A stretch of 63,153 nucleotides of DNA, counting the filler, from Octopus bimaculoides (Eukaryota), in the NCBI RefSeq assembly GCF_001194135.2. It is 8 parts of 8 records of this genome, joined end to end, with 100 filler letters (N's around TTAATTAATTAA, not from the genome) between each part and the next. Parts side by side here need not be neighbours in the genome. Positions count along the whole stretch, not along the records: positions 1 to 13,133 come from NC_068985.1; 7 more parts are not named here. One strand, given 5' to 3'. Shown piece after piece: positions 1-11,880 of the stretch. Below the pieces are notes generated by a model. That model did not search any database. It saw only the letters and a program-made list of their open reading frames with translations, and was not told where the DNA came from. The position numbers and the translations under genes are program-made. How positions within the stretch are numbered: the stretch's first letter is position 1; each line of letters opens with the position of its first letter.

Positions 1-544
1 TATATATATATATATATATTATATGTATATATGAATCCCAAAAATGGAACAAGAACGCAACAAACAACAGTAAAACATCTGGACAGGTAGACGATATATT
101 GATATAAATATATACATACATTTATACATATATATATGTGTGTGTGTGTGTGTGTGTATGTATGTGTGTGTATTTTATGTATGTAACGATTAAAATGTGC
201 GCGAGAAAGCTCGACAAGGTAGCAAAAGTTTTGTGCTCTGTAGTGTGTTACACATCACACTCTTGTGTGCCATGTTGTTTAAAACAAACATCATAACTTC
301 GCTGGTGTGCGAAAAAAAAAAAAAAAAGAAACAGAAAGAAGTATCTGGTATGTTATGCGTTGTATTATTAAAACGTGTTTGAGTAAAATTTTTCTGGACT
401 GAAATAGACTTTGTCTTATTTCATTCTAAGATGTTCACGTCTCAAACGAGAGTTTAATAAGTTGCTATATTGGATGGTTTATTTGGTATTAAGTCTAGCC
501 CGATAATTGTAAGATTTCTTTGTATATATTGGGGCTTTTCAGGA

Positions 545-1360
545 GTGGCAGTAATTCGGGTATATCGACCCTAGCACTTAGCTCGTATTTATGTTATTGA
601 CCCCGAAAGGATGAAAGGTAAAGTCGATCTCGGCGGAATTTGAGCTCAAAGCATAAAAAGAGGGACGAAAGGCCACTAAGCATTTCACCTGGCGTGCTAA
701 CAATTCTGCCAACTCGTCGCCTTTTTATTAATAATAATAATAACGTTTCTACTATAGGCACAAAGCCTGAAATTTTGTGGGAGGGGACTAGTGGATTACA
801 ATTGCTACTTATTATATCGATCCCAAAAGGATGAAAGGTAAAATCGACCTCGGCAGGATATGAACTTCGAACGTAAAGGACAAAATGCCGCTAAGCAATT
901 CGCCCAGCGTCCTAACGACTCTGCCAATTCACTGCCTTTTTAATAATCCTTTTTACTATATATAGGCACAAATTTCGCGAGAAGGGACTAGTCGATTACA
1001 TCGACAACAGCGCTCAACTGCTACTTATTATATCGATCCCAAAAGGATGAAAGGTAAAATCGACCTCGGCAGGATATGAATTTCGAACGTAAAGGACGAA
1101 ATGCCGCTAAGCATTTCGCTCAGCGTCCTAACGACTCTGCCAATTCACTGCCTTTTTAATAATACTTTTTACTATATATATATATAGGCACAAATTTCGC
1201 GAGAGGGGACTAGTCGATTACATCGACAACAGTGCTCGATTGCTACTTATTTTGTAGACATCGAAAGGATGAAAGGCAAAGTCGACCCCAGCGGAATTTG
1301 AACTCAGAAGGTAAAAAAGGGCGAAATGCTGGTAAGCATTTCGCCAACTCGCCGCCTTTT
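545..1360 (-). mobile_element. Four head-to-tail copies of a tRNA-derived SINE (family A)
   Basis: Four repeats of about 200 bp carrying AAAGGATGAAAGG(T/C)AAAGTCGACCTCGGC...GCTAAGCATTTCGC...AACGACTCTGCCA. The reverse complement has a Pol III A box (TGGCAGAATCGTTAG-like) and B box (GTTCAAATTCC-like). The same family recurs about 10 times in the window. Confidence 0.85.
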
Positions 1361-1499
1361 CGATAATAATAACAGACACAGTCTTAGATCAAAGCCACTT
1401 TCTCTAACAAGTGGTATTCTGGCATTTTAATAATTGCACTCTCACGATACCCATTTTTTATCTAAGTTTTTTTTTTCTTTTTAGATTTTCAAGGAATCA

Positions 1500-2002
1500 T
1501 AGACGCAGTCACAGTACTGCTGCTGCTGATGCTGGTGTCGGCGGTAGTGTTGGCAGTGGTGTTCATGATGTTAATGGTGATGGTGGTGNNNNNNNNNNNN
1601 NNNNNNNNNNNNNNNNNNNNNNNNNNNNNNNNNNNNNNNNNNNNNNNNNNNNNNNNNNNNNNNNNNNNNNNNNNNNNNNNNNNNNNNNNNNNNNNNNNNN
1701 NNNNNNNNNNNNNNNNNNNNNNNNNNNNNNNNNNNNNNNNNNNNNNNNNNNNNNNNNNNNNNNNNNNNNNNNNNNNNNNNNNNNNNNNNNNNNNNNNNNN
1801 NNNNNNNNNNNNNNNNNNNNNNNNNNNNNNNNNNNNNNNNNNNNNNNNNNNNNNNNNNNNNNNNNNNNNNNNNNNNNNNNNNNNNNNNNNNNNNNNNNNN
1901 NNNNNNNNNNNNNNNNNNNNNNNNNNNNNNNNNNNNNNNNNNNNNNNNNNNNNNNNNNNNNNNNNNNNNNNNNNNNNNGTGGTGGTGGTGGTGGTGGTGG
2001 TG

Positions 2003-2081
<79 letters not shown>

Positions 2082-2250
2082 CATTTACTGTAATAAGTGG
2101 TTATTATGATAGAGAAGGTGGTGGTGATTGTATTGTATGTAGTGGTAGTGCAGGCAGTGCTAATAGTGGTAGCAGTGCTGATGGTGTTGTTGTTGTTAGT
2201 GGTGGTGGTGGTTTTGATGTTGTTGTTGTTTCTGGTGGTGGTGGTGCTTG
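1500..2250. repeat. Compound (GGT)n/(AGT)n/(GAT)n trinucleotide low-complexity tract with an N gap
   Basis: Direct reading; gap 1589-1978. Confidence 0.95.
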
Positions 2251-2763
2251 AGTTTTAGCAACGATCTAAAAATGTTTCTAGAACGGTGACGCTGACAACA
2301 TGGCAGCACTGTGGATGAGGCAGCTAACGTGGCGGTGGTAGCATTTGCATCGTTGCTATGAAACTGCGGCGGCGGCGGCGGTGGCAGCGGACGTGGTAGT
2401 GATGCCGTGGCGTGGGAGAGGCGGAGACGGAGTCTGTGCTGTATTTGAAGAGGGTCGAACGATGATTAGGGAAATGTCACAAATCTTTACGCTTGTTAAA
2501 ATCAGAAACCCTCTTCCCACATTCCTATATATATATATACCACCATCACCTTCGCGGACATTGATCCCTAGAGTGGTAAAACTATAACACCGCCGCCACC
2601 CACATTAGTCTACAAATGCAGCCAGCCCTTAATGATCAACTCCCCCTCCATCACCACTGACGTCATTAATATTATAATCATCATCATTACCGCCACTACC
2701 ATTACCACTACTGTAAATACAACTCACTGTGGTACCATTACCACCACTGGTATAACAACCACT

Positions 2764-3431
2764 GGATCTATTTCAAAACGGGGGGCGCCAGTTTTCATTT
2801 ATGTTTTATGTAGTGTTTTTGGTACCGAAAGACTTTCAAACTTCGTATACTTATCTATTTTGTGTTATAGAACAGAAAAATATTTTTGTATTCGAATTTA
2901 TTTCATGTAAAAAATTGTCTTATTTCGATAATTTCTACTAATCACTGACGTCTATTCAGTTGAAAACAGTTAGCGCTGTAACGATGTATATCGTATTAAA
3001 CCCCTAACCCTAACCCTAACCCTAACTAGACTGTTAACCCTAACCCTAACCCTAACCCTAAAACTAACCCTAACTCTAGAATCCGAACTCTAAAATTGTT
3101 ACACACATAGATATGCACAGCGTAATTTATTATATAAACAATATATGCGTATAAATTACGATTAAACCGGATGAAATATGTCACAGGGAATAACATTTTT
3201 ATGACCGCCCAGCACTGACTGTATTCAGCTGAATAGACGCCAGTGATTGGTTGAAATTATAGAAATACGACAACTTTAACATGGAATAACTTGCGATGTA
3301 CGTTTTTTCGTTAAGAAGACTAAGAGTAAAAGATGTTTTATATGACACATTCTACCAGTGTCCCAAGTTTCAAAGTGTTTCGTTAGTGTTTCGTTAAGAA
3401 AATACTGGTGCCCCCGTTTTGAAATAGATCC
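2764..3431. mobile_element. Non-autonomous DNA transposon (MITE, 668 bp) with 28-bp TIRs, 8-bp TSD and internal telomeric repeats; Merlin- or hAT-like
   Basis: Left TIR GGATCTATTTCAAAACGGGGGCGCCAGT versus right ACTGGTGCCCCCGTTTTGAAATAGATCC (1 mismatch). TSD CAACCACT at 2756-2763 and 3432-3439. Nine perfect CCCTAA units in 3002-3073. Superfamily is inferred only from TSD length and GG termini. Confidence 0.9.
3002..3073 (-). repeat. Interstitial telomere-like repeat (TTAGGG)n inside the MITE
   Basis: CCCTAA x4 (3002-3025), CCCTAA x4 (3038-3061) and one more unit (3068-3073). Confidence 0.9.
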
Positions 3432-3779
3432 CAACCACTATTATCATCATTACTCTCACCACCACCACTGTCATTAACATCATCACCATCACCATCACTA
3501 CTATTACCGCCACCATTACTGTCATTAGGATGGTTTGTGATTTTGACACAAGGCTAGTAATTATAAATCGGGTGGGGGGTCTTAGTTGATACCATCGAGC
3601 CTCGTGCGTCACTGGTACTTTATTTCATCAACCCCAGCGGAGTGGAGTACAAAGTTGGCTTCAGCCATCGCGGCAGAGAGTCACTGCAACATAAATGAAG
3701 GAAAGCCGTAGGAAGAAGGAAAGGTAATCGTATTCGATAGCGGATCGATAGTCTTTGTGTATGTATGTATGTATGTATG

Positions 3780-5010
3780 TATGTATGCATGTATGCATGT
3801 ATGTATGTCTGTATTTTTTCTTGATTTTTTATTATATAAGTTCTTCCTCTCAGGAAGGAGTTGGTTTCTAATAAAGGTTCAAAGCTCCATCGTTGGAATG
3901 TACTAACAAAAACAATGTCACATTTTAAATTTGAGAAAAGTTTTGCATATTTTCTACTGTTCCACTTACAGATTGTACTTCTAATGTGCGGGTTGATTTA
4001 TTTCTCTGAAAACCTTGGATTGTACAGATTGTCACTTAGGCATTTACTCACAGAACCAAGTACACCAATTATTATTGGTTTAAACATGAATTTATAATCT
4101 GGATGTAAAAGGTGGAGGTTTCGAAGCAGTTGTCCAGTCATTCCTTTCATTTTTAAAGAGATATTCACATCAGTAGGACAGCTGGCTTCCATGACAATAC
4201 ATACATTTTCTTGTTTGTCCCAAAAAACAATATTCGGCCTGTTCTAGTTACACTTGACAGATGTTTTGATGAGAATGTTCCACTAGTATTCCTTGTGTTG
4301 TTGTTTGTGTATGTAGTAGCAGGGAGATTCTCAATATTTATTTCAGGGCAGTCTTTTTTGCCGAATGGTGTTGTAAACTGTTTTTGCACCAACGTCATGT
4401 CGCATACGAAGGTAGTACCTTGATGACATTTTTGGGTAGCTGCTAATCACGCGTGTGATATCTTCTACAGAAATATGACATAATCTGCATTTTCGGTTGC
4501 ATCTTGGAACTCCAAGGGCTACACTATTTCTTTTGTTTAATGGGCGTTTCTTAACAATTTCCTGTCCATAGATTGCAAATGCATAGCCTTTGAAGTGTAA
4601 TGTGATGTAGCGATCACGAGTCCAAGAGAGGTTTCGCTTCATGTCGATATAACTGTCTTCTTCATTTTCGGGAAACGTACACATGCGTAGTCTTTTGTTT
4701 CAGTAAACCGAGTGTTTCACGTCCAAGCCTTCTTCGAGGTATGCTACTCTGGCTGATTTGGCGTTGTATCGGAGATCATCAGGAAGAGAGTGCTACCTGA
4801 GGAGCTCACTGCCGATACGTAAGATATTGTTCCAGTTATTTTCCACTTAATGTATTTTTTTTTTTTGCTGTTCTTTCAGAAATGCTGTCTGAGAGAGACT
4901 ATACGACATTCGAAGGCTGCTTGCACTGATTTCAAGCTTCTACACTTCCTTATCGCCTCTTAAGTAGCACTAGGCATTATCATTATTTCTGTGGAAATTT
5001 CCAGGCACAC
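3780..5010 (-). mobile_element. Decayed 3' half of an R4/Dong-clade non-LTR retrotransposon (RT thumb, CCHC knuckle, restriction-like endonuclease)
   Basis: Minus-strand frames give GNFHRNND.../RSLKSVQAAFECRIVSLRQH (thumb), CRLCHISVEDITRVISSYPKMSSRYYLRMRHDV (decayed C-X2-C-X8-H-X4-C then RHD), EASCPTDVNI...LHPDYKFMFKPIIIGVLG (RLE) and ...KICKTFLKFKM* ending at 3918. Several frameshifts and stops. Confidence 0.85.
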
Positions 5011-5949
5011 CAACATCGGTTGTCAAGCGATNNNNNNNNNNNNNNNNNNNNNNNNNNNNNNNNNNNNNNNNNNNNNNNNNNNNNNNNNNNNNNNNNNNNN
5101 NNNNNNNNNNNNNNNNNNNNNNNNNNNNNNNNNNNNNNNNNNNNNNNNNNNNNNNNNNNNNNNNNNNNNNNNNNNNNNNNNNNNNNNNNNNNNNNNNNNN
5201 NNNNNNNNNNNNNNNNNNNNNNNNNNNNNNNNNNNNNNNNNNNNNNNNNNNNNNNNNNNNNNNNNNNNNNNNNNNNNNNNNNNNNNNNNNNNNNNNNNNN
5301 NNNNNNNNNNNNNNNNNNNNNNNNNNNNNNNNNNNNNNNNNNNNNNNNNNNNNNNNNNNNNNNNNNNNNNNNNNNNNNNNNNNNNNNNNNNNNNNNNNNN
5401 NNNNNNNNNNNNNNNNNNNNNNNNNNNNNNNNNNNNNNNNNNNNNNNNNNNNNNNNNNNNNNNNNNNNNNNNNNNNNNNNNNNNNNNNNNNNNNNNNNNN
5501 NNNNNNNNNNNNNNNNNNNNNNNNNNNNNNNNNNNNNNNNNNNNNNNNNNNNNNNNNNNNNNNNNNNNNNNNNNNNNNNNNNNNNNNNNNNNNNNNNNNN
5601 NNNNNNNNNNNNNNNNNNNNNNNNNNNNNNNNNNNNNNNNNNNNNNNNNNNNNNNNNNNNNNNNNNNNNNNNNNNNNNNNNNNNNNNNNNNNNNNNNNNN
5701 NNNNNNNNNNNNNNNNNNNNNNNNNNNNNNNNNNNNNNNNNNNNNNNNNNNNNNNNNNNNNNNNNNNNNNNNNNNNNNNNNNNNNNNNNNNNNNNNNNNN
5801 NNNNNNNNNNNNNNNNNNNNNNNNNNNNNNNNNNNNNNNNNNNNNNNNNNNNNNNNNNNNNNNNNNNNNNNNNNNNNNNNNNNNNNNNNNNNNNNNNNNN
5901 NNNNNNNNNNNNNNNNNNNNNNNNNNNNNNNNNNNNNNNNNNNTATATA

Positions 5950-6026
5950 CAGGGATGGCCATAAGTTGCTTTATCCATTTCTCCATGATTATTAGAAATG
6001 GATAAAGCGACTTATGGCCATCCTTG
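5950..6026. mobile_element. 77-bp palindromic mini-MITE, Tc1/mariner-like, TA-flanked
   Basis: 33-bp arms at 5950-5982 and 5994-6026 (2 mismatches), 11-nt loop, TA on both sides, CAGGG termini. Confidence 0.7.
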
Positions 6027-7098
6027 TATATATATATATATGTGCGCATACAGAATATGTTCGATGTAACTGCGGAGTGAGTGCAATATTTCTATATGTT
6101 TATATGCTGTATATGTATATACATATATATATACATCCATATATGACTGTATGTATGGGTATAAACAGCGCTATTCAGAATTTTTCTCTCTCTCTCTTTC
6201 TTTCTCTATCCCCCTCTCTCTCTTTCTCTCTTTTCTCACTTCCACCCCAACTCTCTGTCTTTAACTATGATTCTATATATAATATACATTCAATATACAT
6301 ACAATATATACAGTGCATGTGCGATACTGTATATTATATGATATACTATTTTATATTATATTATATTGTACTATATTATAAATATANNNNNNNNNNNNNN
6401 NNNNNNNNNNNNNNNNNNNNNNNNNNNNNNNNNNNNNNNNNNNNNNNNNNNNNNNNNNNNNNNNNNNNNNNNNNNNNNNNNNNNNNNNNNNNNNNNNNNN
6501 NNNNNNNNNNNNNNNNNNNNNNNNNNNNNNNNNNNNNNNNNNNNNNNNNNNNNNNNNNNNNNNNNNNNNNNNNNNNNNNNNNNNNATATATGTGTGTGTG
6601 TGTGTATATGAATAAGTATAAACATTCATACATTCATATGTGTATATATGCATGTGTGTGTTTCTAAGTGTATATATGTACGTTTATGTTTCTATGTGCA
6701 TATATATTATATTATAGAACGTACTTTCGTCACTCTCCCCATTAATAAAATATACAAAATATAGCATCGAAGATTTAATAGCAATAGAAATATTTTCACC
6801 GTTGAATTGTCAAGAATTAACCTTAAGAAAACTTTCTCAAGTGCATTCTGACACTATTATGCCTTAGCAAGATTTTCTCAAGTATTATTTACACATAAAG
6901 CAAAATAGTTAATGAAATACAAGCTAAGGAATTATCCACTGACAAACCCCCACCATCAAACCTCGTCTGTTAAAAACTAAAAGAACTCAACACATATGGT
7001 AGCTAATCAATATCGACATAAAACTCTGCATGTAACGTGTGCAAGCACAGCGTAAGAGTTACAGCTAAAATTCTTCCGCGTGGCTTTTGTTCTTGCAG

Positions 7099-7139
7099 AG
7101 AAGAAGAGAATGTCGACACACCAACAGTTGCGATTTGAA
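7099..7139 (+). other. Candidate isolated 41-nt spliced exon of an unidentified host transcript
   Basis: Acceptor CTTTTGTTCTTGCAG| and donor GAA|GTGAGT in non-repetitive sequence. Two frames are open (RRRECRHTNSCDL or KKRMSTHQQLRFE). No homology recognised. Confidence 0.3.
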
Positions 7140-8450
7140 GTGAGTTGAAACACTTAACGAAGAGAAATTCTTCAACTATAGGTCAAGGATTACTGAGAGG
7201 AATTTTTCACCGGGACATTGAGCTTGTATTTTGATGACTCAAAGCGCTTTTTAGATTTTTATATAAACTACTTTTAGAGATAGCAGGTTACGTGATGGCG
7301 GAAGTGGTGGAAGTGACGGTGATAATATCGGTTGTAGTGTTTGCGTGTGAAGTCGGGAACCGATGGAGAAGTGGGGGGTTTTTTTCGCTTGTTTTCTAAA
7401 TAGGCGGATTCCTGGTATTCTTGAGTGTTTTGCTTAAAGGTCTCGCTTCATGCATAACTTAGCCATAAGGAATCTGTTGCCGATGTCGTTACTGTTTGAT
7501 AGTGATGATGATGATGATGATGATGGTGAGACTATGGGCGTTCTTGTAGTAGCCATTATTGTAGTTGATGCCATTTTTTTCTTTTTCTNNNNNNNNNNNN
7601 NNNNNNNNNNNNNNNNNNNNNNNNNNNNNNNNNNNNNNNNNNNNNNNNNNNNNNNNNNNNNNNNNNNNNNNNNNNNNNNNNNNNNNNNNNNNNNNNNNNN
7701 NNNNNNNNNNNNNNNNNNNNNNNNNNNNNNNNNNNNNNNNNNNNNNNNNNNNNNNNNNNNNNNNNNNNNNNNNNNNNNNNNNNNNNNNNNNNNNNNNNNN
7801 NNNNNNNNNNNNNNNNNNNNNNNNNNNNNNNNNNNNNNNNNNNNNNNNNNNNNNNNNNNNNNNNNNNNNNNNNNNNNNNNNNNNNNNNNNNNNNNNNNNN
7901 NNNNNNNNNNNNNNNNNNNNNNNNNNNNNNNNNNNNNNNNNNNNNNNNNNNNNNNNNNNNNNNNNNNNNNNNNNNNNNNNNNNNNNNNNNNNNNNNNNNN
8001 NNNNNNNNNNNNNNNNNNNNNNNNNNNNNNNNNNNNNNNNNNNNNNNNNNNNNNNNNNNNNNNNNNNNNNNNNNNNNNNNNNNNNNNNNNNNNNNNNNNN
8101 NNNNNNNNNNNNNNNNNNNNNNNNNNNNNNNNNNNNNNNNNNNNNNNNNNNNNNNNNNNNNNNNNNNNNNNNNNNNNNNNNNNNNNNNNNNNNNNNNNNN
8201 NNNNNNNNNNNNNNNNNNNNNNNNNNNNNNNNNNNNNNNNNNNNNNNNNNNNNNNNNNNNNNNNNNNNNNNNNNNNNNNNNNNNNNNNNNNNNNNNNNNN
8301 NNNNNNNNNNNNNNNNNNNNNNNNNNNNNNNNNNNNNNNNNNNNNNNNNNNNNNNNNNNNNNNNNNNNNNNNNNNNNNNNNNNNNNNNNNNNNNNNNNNN
8401 NNGTTTATTATTGTTCTTATTGTAACTCATGTCCATTGTCCGCAAATATG

Positions 8451-8453
<3 letters not shown>

Positions 8454-8511
<58 letters not shown>

Positions 8512-8700
8512 ACATACTTGGAAATGGATGCGTGGCGTTCAATCAAAAAATAATATAAATAATATATATATATGCATATATGGGTACAAGACTTCACAAA
8601 CCGTATGTATATGAATGTATGTATGTATGTATGTTTATATGTATGTATGTATGTATGTATGAATGTATTATGTATATATGTATTATGTATGTATGTAGGC
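8454..8700. repeat. (GATA)n followed by (TATG)n microsatellites
   Basis: Direct reading. Confidence 0.95.
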
Positions 8701-9223
8701 AGTTTCGTAGACATAGATTATTTGAGGTGTTGTACATTTTTTATAAATTAAGAAAAAAACGGGGTAATCAGGATTTGGGATTTTGGATAAAAATTATTTG
8801 TGTACCACTGTCGTCTCTTTTGAGACATTCATCACGCACGTGTATGCATATATATAAATCAACAGCTGAGATATATGGTAAGGTGACAGAAATAGTATTA
8901 ATGGACCTGTTGGAGTTAGATATTTAGCTATGTGTCTTTATGCTATGAATTCAAAATCCGACGGTTGTTTGTATAAACATTAAAGGACAAAGTCTCACGT
9001 GATATAATCACATCTTGCATATATATATATTTAGTTTCCGTCTGTATGATATATATATATATACATATATTCTTCAATTACAAACATAAACAGGAAAAGC
9101 TCGTGGCAGAATACATAAGATTTGTCAAAATATATAAATTGAAAAACACACGCAAACACATATACACACAAACTCTCATACATTTGCACAAACATACGCA
9201 CACTCACAAACCCGCACACACAC

Positions 9224-9282
<59 letters not shown>

Positions 9283-10134
9283 CATATGTTTGTGTACATA
9301 GAAATCCACTTATTTGTGTGTGTAATGAATATATTATATATTTTATATATATTCGATATCTGTACGTGTATTTGTGTTTGTGTGTGTGTGCGTTTGTGTG
9401 CGTGCGTAAGTTCATGTGTTTATAATTTACACATACGTGGCCTTGCGTATACATTACGCTTCCTTGTCTTCTGATTACATTCATTTATACACTTACCTTT
9501 TGCCATACATATTGTAACAACATATATAATGACATTCAGTGATAATGAATGTCACGATGATCCTATCATTGAGACGTGGGTGAGAATGCATGCGATGATG
9601 ATGATGATGATGATGCTGATGGTGATGATGATGATGGTGGTGGTGGTGGTGGTGTCTGTGGTGGCTTTGGTGGTGGTGGTAGTGGTTGCCGTTGTGGTGG
9701 TGATGCTTGTGAAAACGACATTCCTGTGAACTTGACGAAAATGAAAAAAAAAGTTGTATTCCTTCCGGAATCGTGTCAATCTCCCATAGCCCCAACCCAA
9801 AATTCTCAAAATCTACCCTTGCACCCTTCCATTCATCATAAATGCATTTAGCATCCCCCGACAACCATCAATACCACCGTTTCTACATCATACACCACTA
9901 CACTGCCGCCGTCGCCACCATCACAAGAAGTATTATTCAAAGACATCTTATTGTTAGAACGAATGCTTTTATACCATATTGTTTCCCGTTTACGCAATGA
10001 CAGAAATAAGGGAAGTTTCAGTGGTGATGGTCGTGGCGTTTGTGGTTACAAGTGGTGGAGGTATTTGTTTGGTGGAGAATATCGTGGTGCCTGGAGCCAT
10101 TTGTGGAAAGGACCTTTCAACTTTTATCCTTTAC

Positions 10135-10340
10135 TTGTTTCAGTCATCTAACTGCGGCCATGCTGCAGCATCGCCTTGAAGAGTTTTCAGCCTAAGAAAT
10201 CGACCCCAGGACTTCTTATTTTTGTTTAAGCGTGATACTTATTCTATCGGTGTCTTTTGCCGAACCGCTAAGTAACGGGGACGTAAACACACCAACACTA
10301 GTTGTCAAGCGGTGGGTACAGGGACAAACACACACACAAA

Positions 10341-10350
<10 letters not shown>
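10135..10350 (-). mobile_element. 3' half of SINE family B
   Basis: TTTCAGTCA..ACTGCGGCCATGCTG...GAACCGCTAAGTAACGGGGACGTAAACACACC matches the full copy at 11880-12275. Confidence 0.85.
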
Positions 10351-10388
<38 letters not shown>

Positions 10389-10479
10389 AGAGCGTTGCAT
10401 TAATAGTTCGCTTGAAGCATTGTAATATCGAAGAATGTGAAAAGAGTGAAAATAGACAGCTTCTGACAACGCGGTAATT

Positions 10480-11165
10480 TTAAAACCTTAATATATTTCG
10501 GGCTCAGAGTCTCATCTTCAGGAGGAAAGAATAGTCTAAGAAAAGTCCAGTTATGTAACGTACGTTAATCCATTTAAACTTTATAGCGCTTATGTAATAA
10601 CAGCAGTCACTCTCCAAACGTAGGTGTAATCGACGTCCCACGTATTGGTGTAAACAGACAACAAATACCCACCTGTAGCTATAAGCTAATCATCATTTGT
10701 AGTAATATTATTTGTTGTAGTCAAGTTCGCCCTTTAAGTGTTACTGACTGTCCGAGTGCTGGTGTGAATAACTCTCGGCTGCTGTTATAGGCCATTCTCT
10801 ATCTGTTGGATGTTGTCGTAGGAGCCACGGACTCAACTCCAATCGATTGTTAATTTTCGGGTTAAAGTGGTGGATCAGCAGAACCTCTTTTATAAGAAAA
10901 TTGCCGGTGTGGTTCTCAGAGGCTAGTATGGAGGCGTCTACTTCCTTGGTAGTGTTGTCACATCTAGTCAGATGTTTGCGGAAGGAGGACGCATCGGCGG
11001 TGAGATACTCCTTAATTCGGACGTGGAGTGGTCGTGTTCGATGTAGTGGTTGCCACATTTGGAGCATCGTATTTGGTAAACCACGCATGGATGTAAGCGA
11101 CTCTAATATTTGCTTACGTACGCAGGTTTCTGGCTTTCTGCAGCATACCTGTGTTAAATAAGATA
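10480..11165 (-). mobile_element. Penelope-like element 3' relic (GIY-YIG endonuclease) with downstream hammerhead-like motif
   Basis: CVVYQIRCSKCGNHYI (about 11088-11040), frameshift, then RPLHVRIKEYL...ILASEN...IKEVLLIHHFNPKINN. CTGAAGA-TGAGACTCTGAGCCC-GAAA at 10521-10496 on the same strand. Confidence 0.85.
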
Positions 11166-11285
11166 TACAGATTACTATATATATACCATAGTTAGATAGA
11201 TGGATAGATAGATAGATAGATAGATACATACATACATACATACATACATACATACAAACTACATACATATATGTGCACACACATA

Positions 11286-11832
11286 TAGTAAAATCTCACT
11301 TTACGAGGATCCGCTTTACGAGACCTCGGGTTTACAGATTTGATTTTATAAATTCTCCGAGCACATGATCCAAATTTTGAATGAACTGTAAATGTTTCGA
11401 CTACCATAACAAATTCTTCTGCGTCTGACCGAGAAATTTATAGAGAGCGAGAAAAAAATTCTTATACGCATACAACTCTACAAGTCCGTCCACGAGTGCT
11501 TGTGAATCGGCGGTCGCGTCTATAAGTGATGGCGTGCGCGAGTCTAGTGCGAGTGAAAGGGATTCAGAAAATGATTATAATAACTTTTTTTTATAATTAT
11601 TAATGATCGTGACATTCTCTTTACTTTGCATAAAATATTCTTTACATACTACTGTTGTTTAATTGCCATTTATTTACGAGAATTTAAAATTGTATAGGAA
11701 AAATTTGTTTTCCCTTGGAATGAATTACGATTTGTAACGTTGCTACGATGGGAAACTATTGCTCTGCTTTACGAGTTTTCGCTTTACAAGCGGTCTCCGG
11801 GAACAAATTAACTCTATGTCGAGGCATTAATG
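11286..11832. mobile_element. Non-autonomous Tigger/pogo-like DNA transposon (MITE)
   Basis: TA-flanked. Left end TAGTAAAATCTCACTTTACGAG, degenerate right end ...GTCGAGGCATTAATG. Repeated GCTTTACGAG subterminal motifs at both ends. Confidence 0.6.
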
Positions 11833-11849
11833 TATATAGATATATATAC

Positions 11850-11879
<30 letters not shown>

Positions 11880-11880
<1 letters not shown>

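Noticed and set aside
545-1360. Regularly spaced repeats resembling a CRISPR array
   Set aside because: The units are about 200-bp SINE copies with Pol III boxes, with no unique spacers or cas genes, in a eukaryotic context.
3002-3073. Chromosome end or ancient telomere fusion
   Set aside because: The tract is short, single-orientation and enclosed by TIRs and a TSD, so it is explained by the MITE.
4712-4742. Hammerhead-like string CTCGAAGA...GTGAAAC on the minus strand
   Set aside because: The core is mutated, there is no stem II, and it lies within the R4 coding region, so it is likely coincidental.
9493-9864. Minus-strand ORF ending at an AAG|GTAAGT donor (about 9497)
   Set aside because: Mostly poly-His from (CAT/CAC)n, with no convincing acceptor and no recognisable protein.
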